64,000 nt of DNA. Source: Macrostomum lignano. Lineage: Eukaryota. The position numbers and the translations under genes were made by a program. The notes below the pieces were generated by a model, which saw nothing but the letters and a program-made list of their open reading frames with translations, searched no databases and was not told the origin of the DNA. Shown here in pieces: positions 1 through 12,910 of this stretch. The DNA lies in contig NIVC01000102.1 in the NCBI GenBank assembly GCA_002269645.1, positions 639,950-703,949 of the forward strand, in the 5' to 3' direction. Numbering within the stretch: position 1 is the stretch's first letter; each line of letters starts with the position of its first letter.

Positions 1-517
1 CATTCCTCACCCTATGAACCTGCTCATTTTCCTCTCTATGACCCTGCTCATTTGCCTACATGATCCCGTTCATTTCTCCCCTCTCTATGACTCTGTTGTC
101 TAGACCATCCATTGCAATCTTTTTGTGTCCACAGCCCCTATAAGAAGTTTTAACCTGCAGTCCATAGCCATAGCCAATTATTTGAAAATTGCCAGCAAAA
201 GTCCGGAAGAAAGTAAGTAGCCAATTTAACCATTGGATTTGTCAATAAAAAGCCCACTCTAGTAGGCCGCATGAAATTTAGCTTGGCTACTAAAGGCTTC
301 AGTCATTTTTAATTACTTTGCACTTTAATAGCTAGCTGTTGGTAGTCAACAACACGGAGCTAAGCATTAGTCAAACTCAGCACATTCATTAGCTCATTAA
401 AAATCTAGAAAGGACACTTTTTGTTATCATAGGAGCTCTCAACTGTGAAATGAAGATATAAAGTAGAAAGCGAGGTATGAAAGTGAGGAGGCTGACGGGG
501 AGATACAAGTCAAGAAA

Positions 518-1160
518 GATGGGAGACACGGGTAGAGAGGGAGGGCGACATCGGTAGAGAGGGAGGGCGACATCGGTAGAGAGGGAGGGCGACACGGTTA
601 GAGACGAGAGGGCGACACGGGTAGAGAGGGAGGGCGACATGGGTAGAGAGGGAGGGCGACATCGGTAGAGAGGGAGGGCGACACGGGTAGAGAGGGAGGG
701 AGACACAGGTAGAGAAGGAGGGAGACACAAGTAGAGGGAGGGCGACATGGGTAGAGAGGGAGGGTGACATCGGTAGAGAGGGAGGGAGACACGGGTAGAG
801 ACTGGAGGGCGACACGGGTAGAGAGGGAGGGCGACACGGGTAGAGACAGGAGGGCGACACGGGTAGAGAGGGAGGGAGACACGGGTAGAGACGGGAGGGC
901 GACACGGGTAGAGAGGGAGGGCGACACGGGCAGAGAGGGAGGGAGACACGGGTAGAGAGGGAGGGCGACACGGGCAGAGAGGGAGGGAGACACGGGTAGA
1001 GACGGGAGGGCGACACGGGTAGAGCCGGGAGGGCGACACGGGTAGAGACGAGAGGGCGACACGGGTAGAGAGGGAGGGAGACACGGGTAGAGACGGGAGG
1101 GAGACACGGGTAGAGACGGGAGGGCGACACGGGTAGAGAGGGAGGGAGACACGGGTAGAG
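518..1160. repeat. 22-bp purine-rich minisatellite (consensus GGGAGGGCGACACGGGTAGAGA)
   Basis: About 29 tandem copies read directly; the overlapping ORFs 389-1377 are translations of the repeat. Confidence 0.95.
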
Positions 1161-1234
1161 ATGAGAGGGAGGTACAGATTGAGATGGGAGGCATACACAG
1201 GGAGAAAGGTGAGAAGGAGACTGTAGAGCGCAGA

Positions 1235-1690
1235 GCACATGCCTCAAGTGAAAAAACATCTCTACTCAACAGGAAAACACACAGGTTTCTATCTGTCTCT
1301 CTCCCTCCTTTCTCTCTAGCCGCCTCATCACCGCGCAGTCTCCCAATTCCTTCAGGAGAGGTTCCAGCACTTGTCACGCAACCTGGAGAGGCTTGTCAGC
1401 TGCTGAAAAAAACTTGCTGAAGAGATGGAGACTGCAAGGGAAAGAGAGGGGAGAGGGGCAGAGAGAGAGAGAGCGCTGAGCGAGGGCACTTCTGCTCCTA
1501 GAGGCAGCAATACCCAGCGATTCTTTGCAGCAACAACTTTTTTTAGTCTAATTTGCAAGTGCGTCAGTCAACTCGAAGCAACAATGCTGACACAGCACGA
1601 CACGTGGAGATGACAACGCATTGCAATTGCAAGAAAAAAGTATTGAAGGCTCAAGCGCCATTCAAGCTGGTTAAGAACACAAAACGCTGG
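1235..1690. repeat. Unclassified dispersed repeat; second diverged copy at about 17748-17895 plus 18800-18950, split by an RTE insertion
   Basis: Shared blocks ACATGCCTCAAGTG, AACAGGAAAACACACAGGTTTC, GAGGTTCCAGCACTTGTCACGCAAC, GCGCTGAGCGAG and GCAAGAAAAAAGT.TTGAAGGCTCAAGCGCC occur in the same order at both loci. Confidence 0.8.
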
Positions 1691-1849
1691 TAGGGACAGA
1701 AAAACAATGCTGCATAGGCAGCTGTTGTGAGACTCTTAATTGTGTCAGTTTTTTGTAAAAAATATTATTTTAGTGGCAGGCCGTTGAGAGAACTTCGTCT
1801 TGTCATGGGAATTTGCATCAGCCTTGGCGCCTTATTCTCTCAATTTTAG

Positions 1850-3306
1850 CGCCATTCAAGCATCGATCTTGGCGCTGTTTAAGCATCGATCTTGGCGCCA
1901 TTCAAGCACCGATCTTGGCGCTGCTTTTTAATCGATCGTGGGGCCATTCAAGCACCGATCTTGGCGCTGTTTAATAATCGATCGTGGCGCCATTCAAGCA
2001 CCCATCTTGGCGCTGTTTAATAATCGATCGTGGCGCCATTCAAGCACCCATCTTGGCGCTGTTTATTAATCGATCGTGGCGCCATTCAAGCACCGATCTT
2101 GGCGCTGTTTAATAATCGATCGTGGCGCCATTCAAGCACCGATCTTGGCGCTGTTTATTAATCGATCTTGGCGCCATTCAAGCACCGATCTTGGCGCTGT
2201 TTATTAATTGATCGTGGCGCCATTCAAGCACCGATCTTGGCGCTGTTTATTAATCGATCTTGGCGCCATTCAAGCACCGATCTTGGCGCTGTTTAATAAT
2301 CGATCTTGGGGCCATTCAAGCACCGATCTTGGCGCTGTTTAATAATCGATCGTGGCGCTATTCAAGCACCCATCTTGGCGCTGTTTAATAATCGATCTTG
2401 GGGCCATTCAAGCACCGATCTTGGCGCTGTTTAATAATCGATCGTGGCGCCATTCAAGCACCGATCTTGGCGCTGTTTAATAATCGATCGTGGCGCCATT
2501 CAAGCACCGATCTTGGCGCTGTTTAATAATCGATCGTGGCGCCATTTAAGCACCGATCTTGGCGCTGTTTATTAATCGATCGTGGCGCCATTCAAGCACC
2601 GATCTTGGCGCTGTTTAATAATTGATCGTGGCGCCATTCAAGCACCGATCTTGGCGCTGTTTATTAATCGATCGTGGCGCCATTCAAGCACCGATCTTGG
2701 CGCTGTTTAATAATCGATCGTGGCGCCATTCAAGCACCGATCTTGGCGCTGCTTAATAATCGATCTTGGGGCCATTCAAGCACCGATCTTGGCGCTGTTT
2801 AATAATCGATCGTGGCGCCATTCAAGCACCGATCTTGGCGCTGTTTATTAATCGATCGTGGCGCCATTCAAGCACCGATCTTGGCGCTGTTTAATAATCG
2901 ATCGTGGCGCCATTCAAGCACCGATCTTGGCGCTGTTTAATAATCGATCGTGGCGCCATTCAAGCACCGATCTTGGCGCTGTTTAATAATCGATCGTGGC
3001 GCCATTCAAGCACCGATCTTGGCGCTGTTTAATAATCGATCGTGGCGCCATTTAAGCACCGATCTTGGCGCTGTTTATTAATCGATCGTGGCGCCATTCA
3101 AGCACCGATCTTGGCGCTGTTTAATAATTGATCGTGGCGCCATTCAAGCACCGATCTTGGCGCTGTTTATTAATCGATCGTGGCGCCATTCAAGCACCGA
3201 TCTTGGCGCTGTTTAATAATCGATCGTGGCGCCATTCAAGCACCGATCTTGGCGCTGCTTAATAATCGATCTTGGGGCCATTCAAGCACCGATCTTGGCG
3301 CTGTTT
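1850..3306 (+). repeat. 23-bp satellite array, forward orientation, organised as a 46-bp dimer (GGCGCCATTCAAGCACCGATCTT + GGCGCTGTTTAATAATCGATCGT)
   Basis: Period of 46 measured (CAAGCACC at 2041 and 2087); two alternating related 23-mers. Confidence 0.95.
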
Positions 3307-4035
3307 AGATAGACTCCGCATGTTAGCCGAGATATCATCGTGAAACTGCTGCAGGCACCTCAATGAGGTGTCCTGCAAGCGCAGCTCAGAGATCCGGTGC
3401 ATTAAATCTCTGACAATAACTTCAGACTTGCCATAACGCTCTGTTAGAATTTCAACAGCTATACCATAATTTAAAGACGTTACAGAAAGCCCCCTAATGC
3501 ATGATTTGACAGAGTCTGATAGAGCACTTAGGAGATAATTGAACTTGTCGATATCTGCAAGCGTGGAGCTCTTATGGACCGATGACTCAAACTGATCCCA
3601 GAAAGACTGCCACGTTGCAATCTCCCCCGTGAAAATCGGGAGCTGTCTCTTTGGAAGCTTTACCTGCGTAGAGACAAGGCCAGGTGTACCTGTAGCCGAA
3701 TTCGCCGCAGCGGCAAAGTTTTCATGCCGTTGAACGGCTTCAGTCAACTTCTTGATGCAACTAATGCATCTCAATGAGTAAGTCTGATTCTCTTCCTGTT
3801 CCCTGTCCAGCTGGTCTTCCTCAACAGACTCCTCAATAACCTCATCCAATTGATGCAAAGCTTCCAGCTTAGGACTAAGGATGTCGATATACGTAGCAGC
3901 TTCTATCCGGTTGAACACTCTTCCTGGACCACCTAGCAGAGTTTCCTCAGCCTTAGCCATAGCTTTTGTAATCGCCGAACGGATTCCTGCCCGTTTCCGA
4001 ACAGCTGCAGCCAGCTCATCTCCACTGAGAACCAT
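3307..4035 (-). mobile_element. gag: BEL/Pao gag, N-terminal part (coiled coil + DUF1759-like), truncated at an inversion breakpoint
   Basis: ATG at 4035 (MVLSGDELAAAVRKR); KLPKRQLPIFTGEIATWQSFWDQFESSVH..LADIDKFNYL..NYGIAVEILTERYG is the BEL/Pao DUF1759 pattern; the ORF runs into the satellite at about 3306. Confidence 0.9.
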
Positions 4036-4468
4036 GACGGACGACCGGAAGGAGCAAAGAATGCAAGAAAACCCCGGCGCCAATGAGCAGAGCGAGTCGA
4101 CCAGCTCAAACCAGAAACAAAGAAGAAACACGAACTATTACAACTAATTAAAGGCAGGAAGCATGAAAAACAGAGGCAATCAACACGGAATCAGAGAAAC
4201 CGAAAAATAAGCAACCGTAATAACAGAACAAACAGAAATTAACTTTAATTGAACTTAGCGAAATTCTCAATAGTGAGTGAAGGAAGCACGCTGATCTAGT
4301 AATATCCAGCCGCGGCCGCTGCTCATCGTCAGGACAGGCAGACGCTACTGCTCCAGAATGCGAACCAGCCGTGGCTTGCAGCGTTAGAGTAAAGCGATTC
4401 TTGCAGTCGTAGCCTTAACTGAAGTCGCTTGTTAGAAAGCCGCTAAGGTAAAATAGAATATTTTTTCA

Positions 4469-4479
4469 TTCGGGCGCCA
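4469..4479 (-). promoter_or_regulatory. Primer-binding site TGGCGCCCGAA immediately after the 5' LTR
   Basis: Directly follows the LTR terminal CA on the minus strand; matches the first 11 nt of the tRNA-Lys-type PBS TGGCGCCCGAACAGGGAC. Confidence 0.75.
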
Positions 4480-4700
4480 TGTTGTAAAAATAACAATTAA
4501 GAAAGAGCAAGGTGCTCGGGCCAGTGGCCTCCTGACTGATATATATTTGCTGTCTAGCTGGGCAGTCTACAAGTACGTAGCCGCCCTCACAGGTGCGTAC
4601 ATAGGAAAAGACTGACGGAGAGGGTGGTTATAGGCTAATAATAAAAATCGATAATAGAGTTAACCACTCCACTAGCATGCATGCACCAAAGAACGCGACA
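4480..4700 (-). mobile_element. 5' LTR (221 bp, TGT...ACA) of BEL/Pao element, inverted
   Basis: Reverse complement is identical by eye to 9655-9875; flanked by TSD AGCGC (reverse complement of 4701-4705). Confidence 0.95.
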
Positions 4701-4890
4701 GCGCTGATTAAGCATCGATCTTGGCGCTGATTAAGCATCAATCTTGGCGCTGATTAAGCATCGATCTTGGCGCTGATTAAGCATCGATCTTGGCGCTGAT
4801 TAAGCAGCGATCTTGGCGCTGATTAAGCATCGATCTTGGCGCTGATTAAGCATCGATCTTGGCGCTGATTAAGCATCGATCTTGGCGCTA
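4701..4890 (+). repeat. 23-bp satellite (GGCGCTGATTAAGCATCGATCTT), about 8 copies
   Basis: Period 23; same monomer variant as 9876-10558 in the opposite orientation. Confidence 0.95.
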
Positions 4891-5399
4891 ATGAAACATA
4901 TAACTCAGTTTCGTTTTTAGAATGTTGGACTAATTGTGAAGAATTTCAAAGCGACTTTTCATTCATGTTTCTACGAATGAACCGCACAATTGCATGAGCG
5001 AAATGATCCAGCAGCCGTTGATGATGCACATCGTCCAGAGCTTAGGAGGTCTTAGGAGGTCCATGGCTTAATTGCTGCAGTGTCCCTCACTGAAGTTGGA
5101 AAATCCTCTCTTATAAGCTGCTTATGCTTAGATCTGCCAATCTGCTTGGATTATGTTGACAAAAATACTCACAGGCTCGTGCCTGCCAGCTTTTCAATGA
5201 GATTTTCGACATGCAGTCTACCTGCAAGCTTGCGTGTGCCGAAAAGTTTATTCAACTTGCGGCCAACCTAGCGGTCGGGTTGAACGGATTCGTAAAAGTG
5301 TACTTTTAATCTGACACGCAATATCTCCTCTGATAATAATAAATTGTTATCTAGGAACTTGATTTTCAAATTAGTCAATGTGATTTTGTGAACAGTAAA

Positions 5400-5550
5400 T
5401 CGATGCTTAAATGGCGCTAGGATCGATGATTAAATGGCGCCAAGATCGATGCTTGAATGGCGCCAAGATCCATTCTTAAATAGCGCCAAGATCGATGCTT
5501 AATCAGCGCCAAGATCGGTGCTTGAATGGCGCCAAGATCGATTAATAAAC
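5400..5550 (-). repeat. 23-bp satellite, reverse orientation, about 6 copies
   Basis: Reverse complement begins GTTTATTAATCGATCTTGGCGCCATTCAAGCACC, the dimer variant that continues the array ending at 3306. Confidence 0.9.
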
Positions 5551-8500
5551 CGCGCGATGGGAGCACTCCGATTTCAATCTTGATTGGCTCGGACTTTTAC
5601 TATCAGATAGTTGGTGATGAGATTATTCGTGGACTTCACGGCCCGGTCGCTATCTCTTCGAAGCTAGGCTATCTTCTGTGTGGGCCGCTGACAGTAAATA
5701 CTCGGAGTCGCGTCGATGGCTTGGATGAGGGTCAGTCGGTCAGCGAAGGAGCCTGCACCAGCACGCCGGTGGTGTGCTGCTTTGCCAGTGGCGGCTCGGA
5801 TTTGGTGGTTGCCGACAGCCAGGATTTCACGGCACTGTGGAGGCTGGATTCGATAGGAATTCTTGACGATCCGCGACCTGCTGCGGCGGAAGATTTTCCA
5901 TGCAATGCGCAGCTTCGCGAGGGTCGCTATTCGGTGCAGTTGCCGTGGGCCTATGCCAAAGAGGCGATTGAATTACGGGATCACTTTGATCTGGCAGCAC
6001 ATCGGTTAAGGTCCAGTATGCGCCATTTAGAGCGCAATCCAGCTAAGTTGGCTCAGTGTGATGGAATCCTCGCCGAGCAGGAAAATCTGGGTATTATAGA
6101 GAAGGTCCCAACCACTGAAAGCGCCCAGCCAGCTGCAATCATTCATTACCTACCGCACAGTTGCGTCTCAAAGTCAGATAGCGAGCATACAAAGCTTCGC
6201 ATGGTTTTCGACGGATCCGCAAAGGCAAACAGTACCGACTTCTCGATTAATGATTTTCTGCTGACGGGACCAGCAAAATTTCCGCTGATTCCCCAGCTGC
6301 TTGTCCGGTTCCGCCTCAAGCCAATTGCTGTGCTGGCGGACATTGAGAAGGCATTTCTGCAAATCGGCATCGATCCAATCGACCGCGACGCACTTCGATT
6401 TCTTTGGACTCAAGGTCGCATTGGGGAACCGCGGCAAGTCGTGCAATACAGATTCTGTAGAGTTCCGTTCGGTCTTTCATGCTCGCCTGGCATTCTGCAG
6501 GCCACGATTTCGCAGCATCTTGAGCTGCTTCAAAAACGTTTTCCGGAAGTTGTGGGAACTCTCAAGCACAGCTTGTACGTTGACAATTTAGTCACTTGCT
6601 GCGACTCGCCTAGTGAGGCGGTAGAGTTTTACACTCAGACGAAACAGATTTTCGTCATGGCTGGCATGAACATGCGGCAGTGGCAGTCCAACTCGAAAGA
6701 GTTTATGGAGGTTCTACCTGCTGCGGACGTAGGGAGCGCCCAGAAGGTTCTTGGCATTCCATGGGAGGCTGGAGGGGACATTTTTCGCCTAGAATTTTCG
6801 GAAATGCTAAACTCCGTCGGCGATGAAATTCCGTCGAAGAGACTCATGCTTGCGGTTTTAGCCAGGGTTTTTGATCCCCTTGGGTTCATGACTCCCGCCA
6901 TTGTAATGGTTAAGGCTTGGTTTCAGCAGCTCTGCAAGGAGAAAGTTCAGTGGGACGACCGCCTTCCCCTGGGTATCGCTACACAGTGGGTGGGGTGGCT
7001 GAGCTCGCTGAGAGTCACTTGTCTGGAAATTCCACGGTGTGTCATTCCTCGGGAAGCGGACACGCACCTTTGTAAACTGCAGCTTCACGGGTTTTCCGAT
7101 GCCAGTGAACGGGCATATGCAGCGGTTGTGTATCTGCGGGTTGTGGATACAAGGCACCACAGTGTTTCAACTCACCTGCTGATCGCAAAATCTAGGGTAG
7201 CTCCGCTGGTACCCGTTAGTATCTCCAGACTCGAACTTCTTGGAGCCTTGATATTATCTCGGTTGATAAGCTTCGTATCTATACAGCTTCCCGGGGTTCA
7301 GCGGTTCCTGTGGACCGACAGTTCGAATACTTTGCAGTGGATAAAGTGCGAGTCAAAGCTGCGCCAAGTATTCGTTCAGAACCGGGTTACAGAAATACGG
7401 CGATTAACCGACGTCAGCGAGTGGCGGCACATTCCCGGAGCTGTCAATCCCGCGGATCTTCCATCGCGGGGGTGCTTGCCGAACAGGCTGATGGAGAACG
7501 CGTTGTGGCTGAACGGGCCAGAGTTTCTTCGTCAAGTGGGAAGCAGTTTCAGTGACACCTTCGATTTTCCAGGCAAGCCATCGTCCACGGCAGAGTCACA
7601 AGACGACTGTGAAATGCTGCAAGCCGATTATGAATCTCGGGTGGAGACTCAAAAGTCACGTGGGGAGGCTCTAGCTATGCCCTCAGTTGGCTCACAGAGG
7701 CGCGAGCGCGCAAGAGCAGGCACGCTGCTCAAGGTTTTTGATATCCAGCGTTTTTCTTCGTGGATCAGGATGACGCGCGTGCTCGGTTGGGTTCATCGCT
7801 TTGTTAGCAATGCGCGCAGATCTGCGGCGGAACGAAGGTTAGATGATCCGTCTGATTTGTCAGCCATCGAAGTTCAGGAAGCGGAGACTTCCTTGTTGCG
7901 GGCAGTGCAAGCTTCCGCGTTAGATCCTGAAATTCAGCATCTTCAGGGTGCTGGGCATCGCACGGCCTTGATCCGTGACTTGAACTTGGTTCTCGGTGAG
8001 GACGGTCTTGTTCGATCGGGTGGTCGTCTTCAGGATGCGGTGCCATTCGAAACGAACAACCCAGTCTTAATCCCACCGAAACATCCGATTGAGCAGCTGC
8101 TTATTCGCCACTGCCACAGCGCAGTTTTCCATGGTGGTGTTCCTGCGACGTTGTGCAAAATCAGAGAGCGGTTCTGGATTTTAAAGGCCAGACAGCGCGT
8201 CAGGCAGGTTTTAGCAGGTTGTGTGACATGTAAGATGCTTCAAGGATGTCCATTTTCGGTGCGGTCAGTTCCGCAACTTCCCCGGTTTCGGTTGTCCAGC
8301 ATTCGGGCGTTTCAGACGGTTGGCCTTGATTATGCTGGTCCGATCATATATCGGACGGGGGAGGGTGCGGGAGAGAACAAGAAGTCCTATGTTCTTCTTT
8401 TCACATGCTCTGCAACTAGGGCAGTTCATTTAGAGGTCGTGAGAAGCATGGATTGTGATCAAATGCTACACGCCCTTAGGCGTTTTGTTGCTCGAAGAGG

Positions 8501-9227
8501 GATACCATCTGTAGTCAGTGACAACGCACGCACCTTTCGAGCCGGAGCTAAATTAATTGGTGCGCAAATTTCCGAAGACTTGCAGGCGTTTTGTTCATCA
8601 AGGAAGATCAGCTGGCATTTCATTCCTGAGCGAGCCCCGTGGTGGGGAGGTTTCTGGGAGAGGCTCATTGGATTAGTGAAGATGTCACTTAAGAAAGCAG
8701 CAAAACGTCAACTCCTAGACTTTGATCAGTTAGTGACTCTGGTGCTTGAGACCGAAGCAGTGGTGAACTGTCGGCCGCTGCTGTATGTGTCATCTGATGA
8801 CAGCACCGAGGTTATCACACCGTCGCACTTTATTGCAGCCGGACGACTCACTCAAGAATCTGGCGGGGTTGAGAATGATGGTGAGTCGTTGCTGCCACTT
8901 CCAAGAAGATTAAAGATGCTCAGAGCTGCACTAGATTGGTTTTGGCACCAGTGGAAAACAGCCTATCTTCAGGCGCTTCGTGAAAAAGCTTTGAAGGACC
9001 ATCCTGAAGGTCGTGTGCCACGTGTCGGTGAAATGGTTCTGCTCGTTGGAGAAGTCCACCAGCCGAGGCTGAGGTGGAGGCTTGGTTTGGTTGAAGAGAT
9101 TCGCGTTGGCCGTGACGGGGCAGTCCGTTCGGCGGTCGTCCGAGTGTCGGGTGCTGGGAATTCCCGGCGCTGGGAGCGGGTGAGGAGACCAGTTCAAGCT
9201 TTGGTGCCGCTAGAGATTCAGTCTTAA
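5551..9227 (+). mobile_element. pol: BEL/Pao pol: RT - RNase H - integrase - C-terminal DUF5641-like region; protease absent
   Basis: Uninterrupted ORF with LADIEKAF and YVDNL (RT), LHGFSDASERAYAAV (Pao RNase H), HCH..FHGG..CVTC (integrase zinc finger), GLDYAGP / VVSDNARTF (DDE core), APWWGGFWERL. Confidence 0.95.
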
Positions 9228-9654
9228 GTCATTTTTTGTTCGCTGTTCAGCTCGTTTTTCGCGTTTGGCTTCGCTACTGAATTTTCAACTTTCGTCGTTA
9301 TATCGATAGTCTGTTTGGTTGATTTGGTTGATTATGTTAAATTGCGTTGTTTTTTTCTGCGTTGCGTCTGGCGTTTTTTGAGTTTTTGCAATTCTCGTCA
9401 TTTTTTGCGGTAATTGGGTTTCATTTTCCATCCCGTTTCGAATTGACATATTATAGTAAAGTCCAAATTAGTTTATCCGCTTTTTTCCTTGAGAATCGTT
9501 CGTTCCGGTTATTGTTAAATTTAATTAATTTCACTCAAATATCTCATTTCAATTGATTTCACCATAGTTACACCAAATATACGAGTATTTTCAAAATTGG
9601 TGTTAATATTCGAAGGTTAATTTCTGAGAAAAATGCTTCCCATTTTTGGGGGAG

Positions 9655-9875
9655 TGTCGCGTTCTTTGGTGCATGCATGCTAGTGGAGTGGTTAACTCTA
9701 TTATCGATTTTTATTATTAGCCTATAACCACCCTCTCCGTCAGTCTTTTCCTATGTACGCACCTGTGAGGGCGGCTACGTACTTGTAGACTGCCCAGCTA
9801 GACAGCAAATATATATCAGTCAGGAGGCCACTGGCCCGAGCACCTTGCTCTTTCTTAATTGTTATTTTTACAACA
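9655..9875 (+). mobile_element. 3' LTR (221 bp) preceded by polypurine tract GGGGGAG and followed by TSD AGCGC
   Basis: TGTCGCG...TACAACA; PPT at 9648-9654; AGCGC at 9876-9880. Confidence 0.95.
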
Positions 9876-10558
9876 AGCGCCAAGATTGATGCTTAATCAG
9901 CGCCAAGATTGATGCTTAAACAGCGCCAAGATCGATGCTTAATCAGCGCCAAGATCGATGCTTAATCAGCGCCAAGATCGATGCTTATTCAGCGCCAAGA
10001 TTGATGCTTAATCAGCGCCAAGATCGATGCTTAATCAGCGCCAAGATTGATGCTTAATCAGCGCCAAGATCGATGCTTAATCAGCGCCAAGATTGATGCT
10101 TAATCAGCGCCAAGATCGATGCTTAATCAGCGCCAAGATCGATGCTTAATCAGCGCCAAGATCGATGCTTATTCAGCGCCAAGATCGATGCTTAATCAGC
10201 GCCAAGATCGATGCTTAATCAGCGCCAAGATCGATGCTTAATCAGCGCCAAGATCGATGCTTAATCAGCGCCAAGATCGATGCTTAATCAGCGCTAAGAT
10301 CGATGCTTAATCAGCGCCAAGATCGATGCTTAATCAGCGCCAAGATTGATGCTTAATCAGCGCCAAGATCGATGCTTAATCAGCGCGGAGATCGATGCTC
10401 AATCAGCGCCAAGATTGATGCTTAAAAAGCGACAAGATCGATGCTTAATCAGCGCGGAGATCGATGCTCAATCAGCGCCAAGATCGGTGCTTAAATGGCG
10501 CCAAGATCCATGCTTGAATGGCGCCATGATCAATGCTTAAAAAGCGACAAGATCGATT
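9876..10558 (-). repeat. 23-bp satellite array, reverse orientation (CAGCGCCAAGATCGATGCTTAAT)
   Basis: About 29 tandem copies, degenerating at the distal end. Confidence 0.95.
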
Positions 10559-11109
10559 CAAGAAAATATGCATATATTGCTTAGAACTTAATCTGTCTTA
10601 AAACTCGAGCCGGTCTCTAAGTATCGAAAGCAAAGACTTAATTATTCAGCAATACGTGAAGGTGCTCTCCATCTGATTCTCGCTGCTGGCTTTGCCCGAG
10701 GGTTAAACGCGGGTTTCCAATCCAGATGTTCGGCGGTCCCCACAATCTGTCGCAGCGCTCAGCCTCTCTCACCAGCCCCGGCTATTGCGCAATCGGTTGC
10801 CTCGGCAGGAAGGAAATCAAAATAATTGGAATATTCTTCCCCTCCAGGATTTTTCTATCATATCTCCTGCGATTGCGGATTCCCCATGGGAGCTGTTCGA
10901 CATCAAAATATTGGGAAATTTTGTCTGTCCTTGCGTCTGTTCACATTTATCAGCTCCTTGGCCACTTGGGGATCGAATGCTGAATATCGAAATTTGAATC
11001 TTCGTGAAATTATAACAAATTATTTTTTCTCTGCAGTGCCTTGGCCTTTTGTTATATTTGCCAAGCGCTTGAAATAACAATCAGGGTTCAAGGGGCGCCG
11101 ATCTAGCGG

Positions 11110-11465
11110 TTTAGTGAGGCGCCATTCTAGAGTTTGGTGAGGCGCCACCGGGCTAATCTGGAGTCTTTCTAGTTTTAGTGGGGCGCCAAGCTGGATTTTT
11201 AGTGAGGCGCCAATCTGGAGTTTTCGTGAGGCGCCAATCTGGAGTTTTAGTGAGGCACCAAACTGGACTTTTGGTGAGGCGCCAAGCTGGAGTTTTAGTG
11301 AGGCGCCAATCTGGAGTTTTAGTGAGGCGCCAATCTGGAGTTTTAGTGAGGCGCCAAGCTGGAGTTTTAGTGGGGCGCCAATCTGGAGTTTTAGTGAGGC
11401 GCCAATCTGGAGTTTTAGTGAGGCGCCAATCTGGAGTTTTTTGAGGCCCCAAGCTGGAGTTTTAG
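11110..11465. repeat. 24-bp minisatellite (GAGGCGCCAATCTGGAGTTTTAGT)
   Basis: About 14 copies; gives the KLQIGASL periodic ORF. Confidence 0.9.
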
Positions 11466-12109
11466 TGTCACACTCAGGGATGAGAAGAAATATGAGAATA
11501 AAGGTAGGTCTACAATGTATATTTATGAAAACAGAAAACATGAGAGTTGGATGACAGACAGACGGACAAGCTCCAGATGTAATAGATAATACTAAGCCAG
11601 ACAAAAATATTTAGCAAGCCGCGGCCACTTGCCCAGCAACCGGGCTGGCAGAACCCAGCAGCAATACTGCAATAAAAATCCCAGATTCTTTTCCTGAAGC
11701 AGAGAGACGGGGATAGACGGGTTGGTGGTAGAGACAGCAAAACGCTCCCGTTTATCGGTCGTGATCGCACTGATTGCAGATTATTTTTAACTTCCATTTG
11801 ATACCTGGGTGGCTGAATTGCAGAGAAGTGAAATATTATCTGTGTCTGCCTGTTAATCTGCCTTGACTGAAGCCTCTTAACTGCAACCAGCTGCTATCTG
11901 CAGGGATGGCCTACTATAAGAAACCAATGACTCAGTGAAAATAGCTTGCGAGCGGGTTGGGGTGAAGGTAGGTATAATTGTTATATTAGAATAGTTCTAT
12001 AAAACTAAAATAAAACGGAAATGTCACAACTTTGTCGAAAAAAGTACAATTGTACCCGTACCAGAAAAGCAGATTTCTGTTAAAAAATGAATTAGATTAG
12101 ATTGAGAGA

Positions 12110-12910
<801 letters not shown>

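Noticed and set aside
389-1377. Long overlapping ORFs in repeat arrays (also 11020-11604, 12333-13022, 31203-31816, 37447-38412, 41637-42204, 42558-43043, 50885-51370, 59268-59720, 60299-60698)
   Set aside because: Periodic translations of mini/microsatellites that happen to lack stops; open in several frames or strands with no domain content.
1850-3306. CRISPR-like appearance of regularly spaced, partly palindromic repeats (also 50948-52050, 62290-63275)
   Set aside because: The intervening sequence is itself repeated; there are no unique spacers, no cas genes, and the context is eukaryotic.
4469-4479. PBS shares TGGCGCC with the satellite monomer, suggesting targeted insertion
   Set aside because: A 7-nt match to a common palindrome, with no mechanism; likely coincidence.
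4990-5270. Possible host exons in the spacer (TAG|VGRKLNKLFG..AGTS|GTGAGT on the minus strand; MDLLRPPKLWTMC..)
   Set aside because: Downstream frames hit stops and no protein family was recognised.
5526-5550. MAPRSINK start of the 1233-aa ORF, and the KQRQDRCLNGPKIDY end of the gag ORF
   Set aside because: These residues come from satellite DNA joined at the inversion breakpoints.
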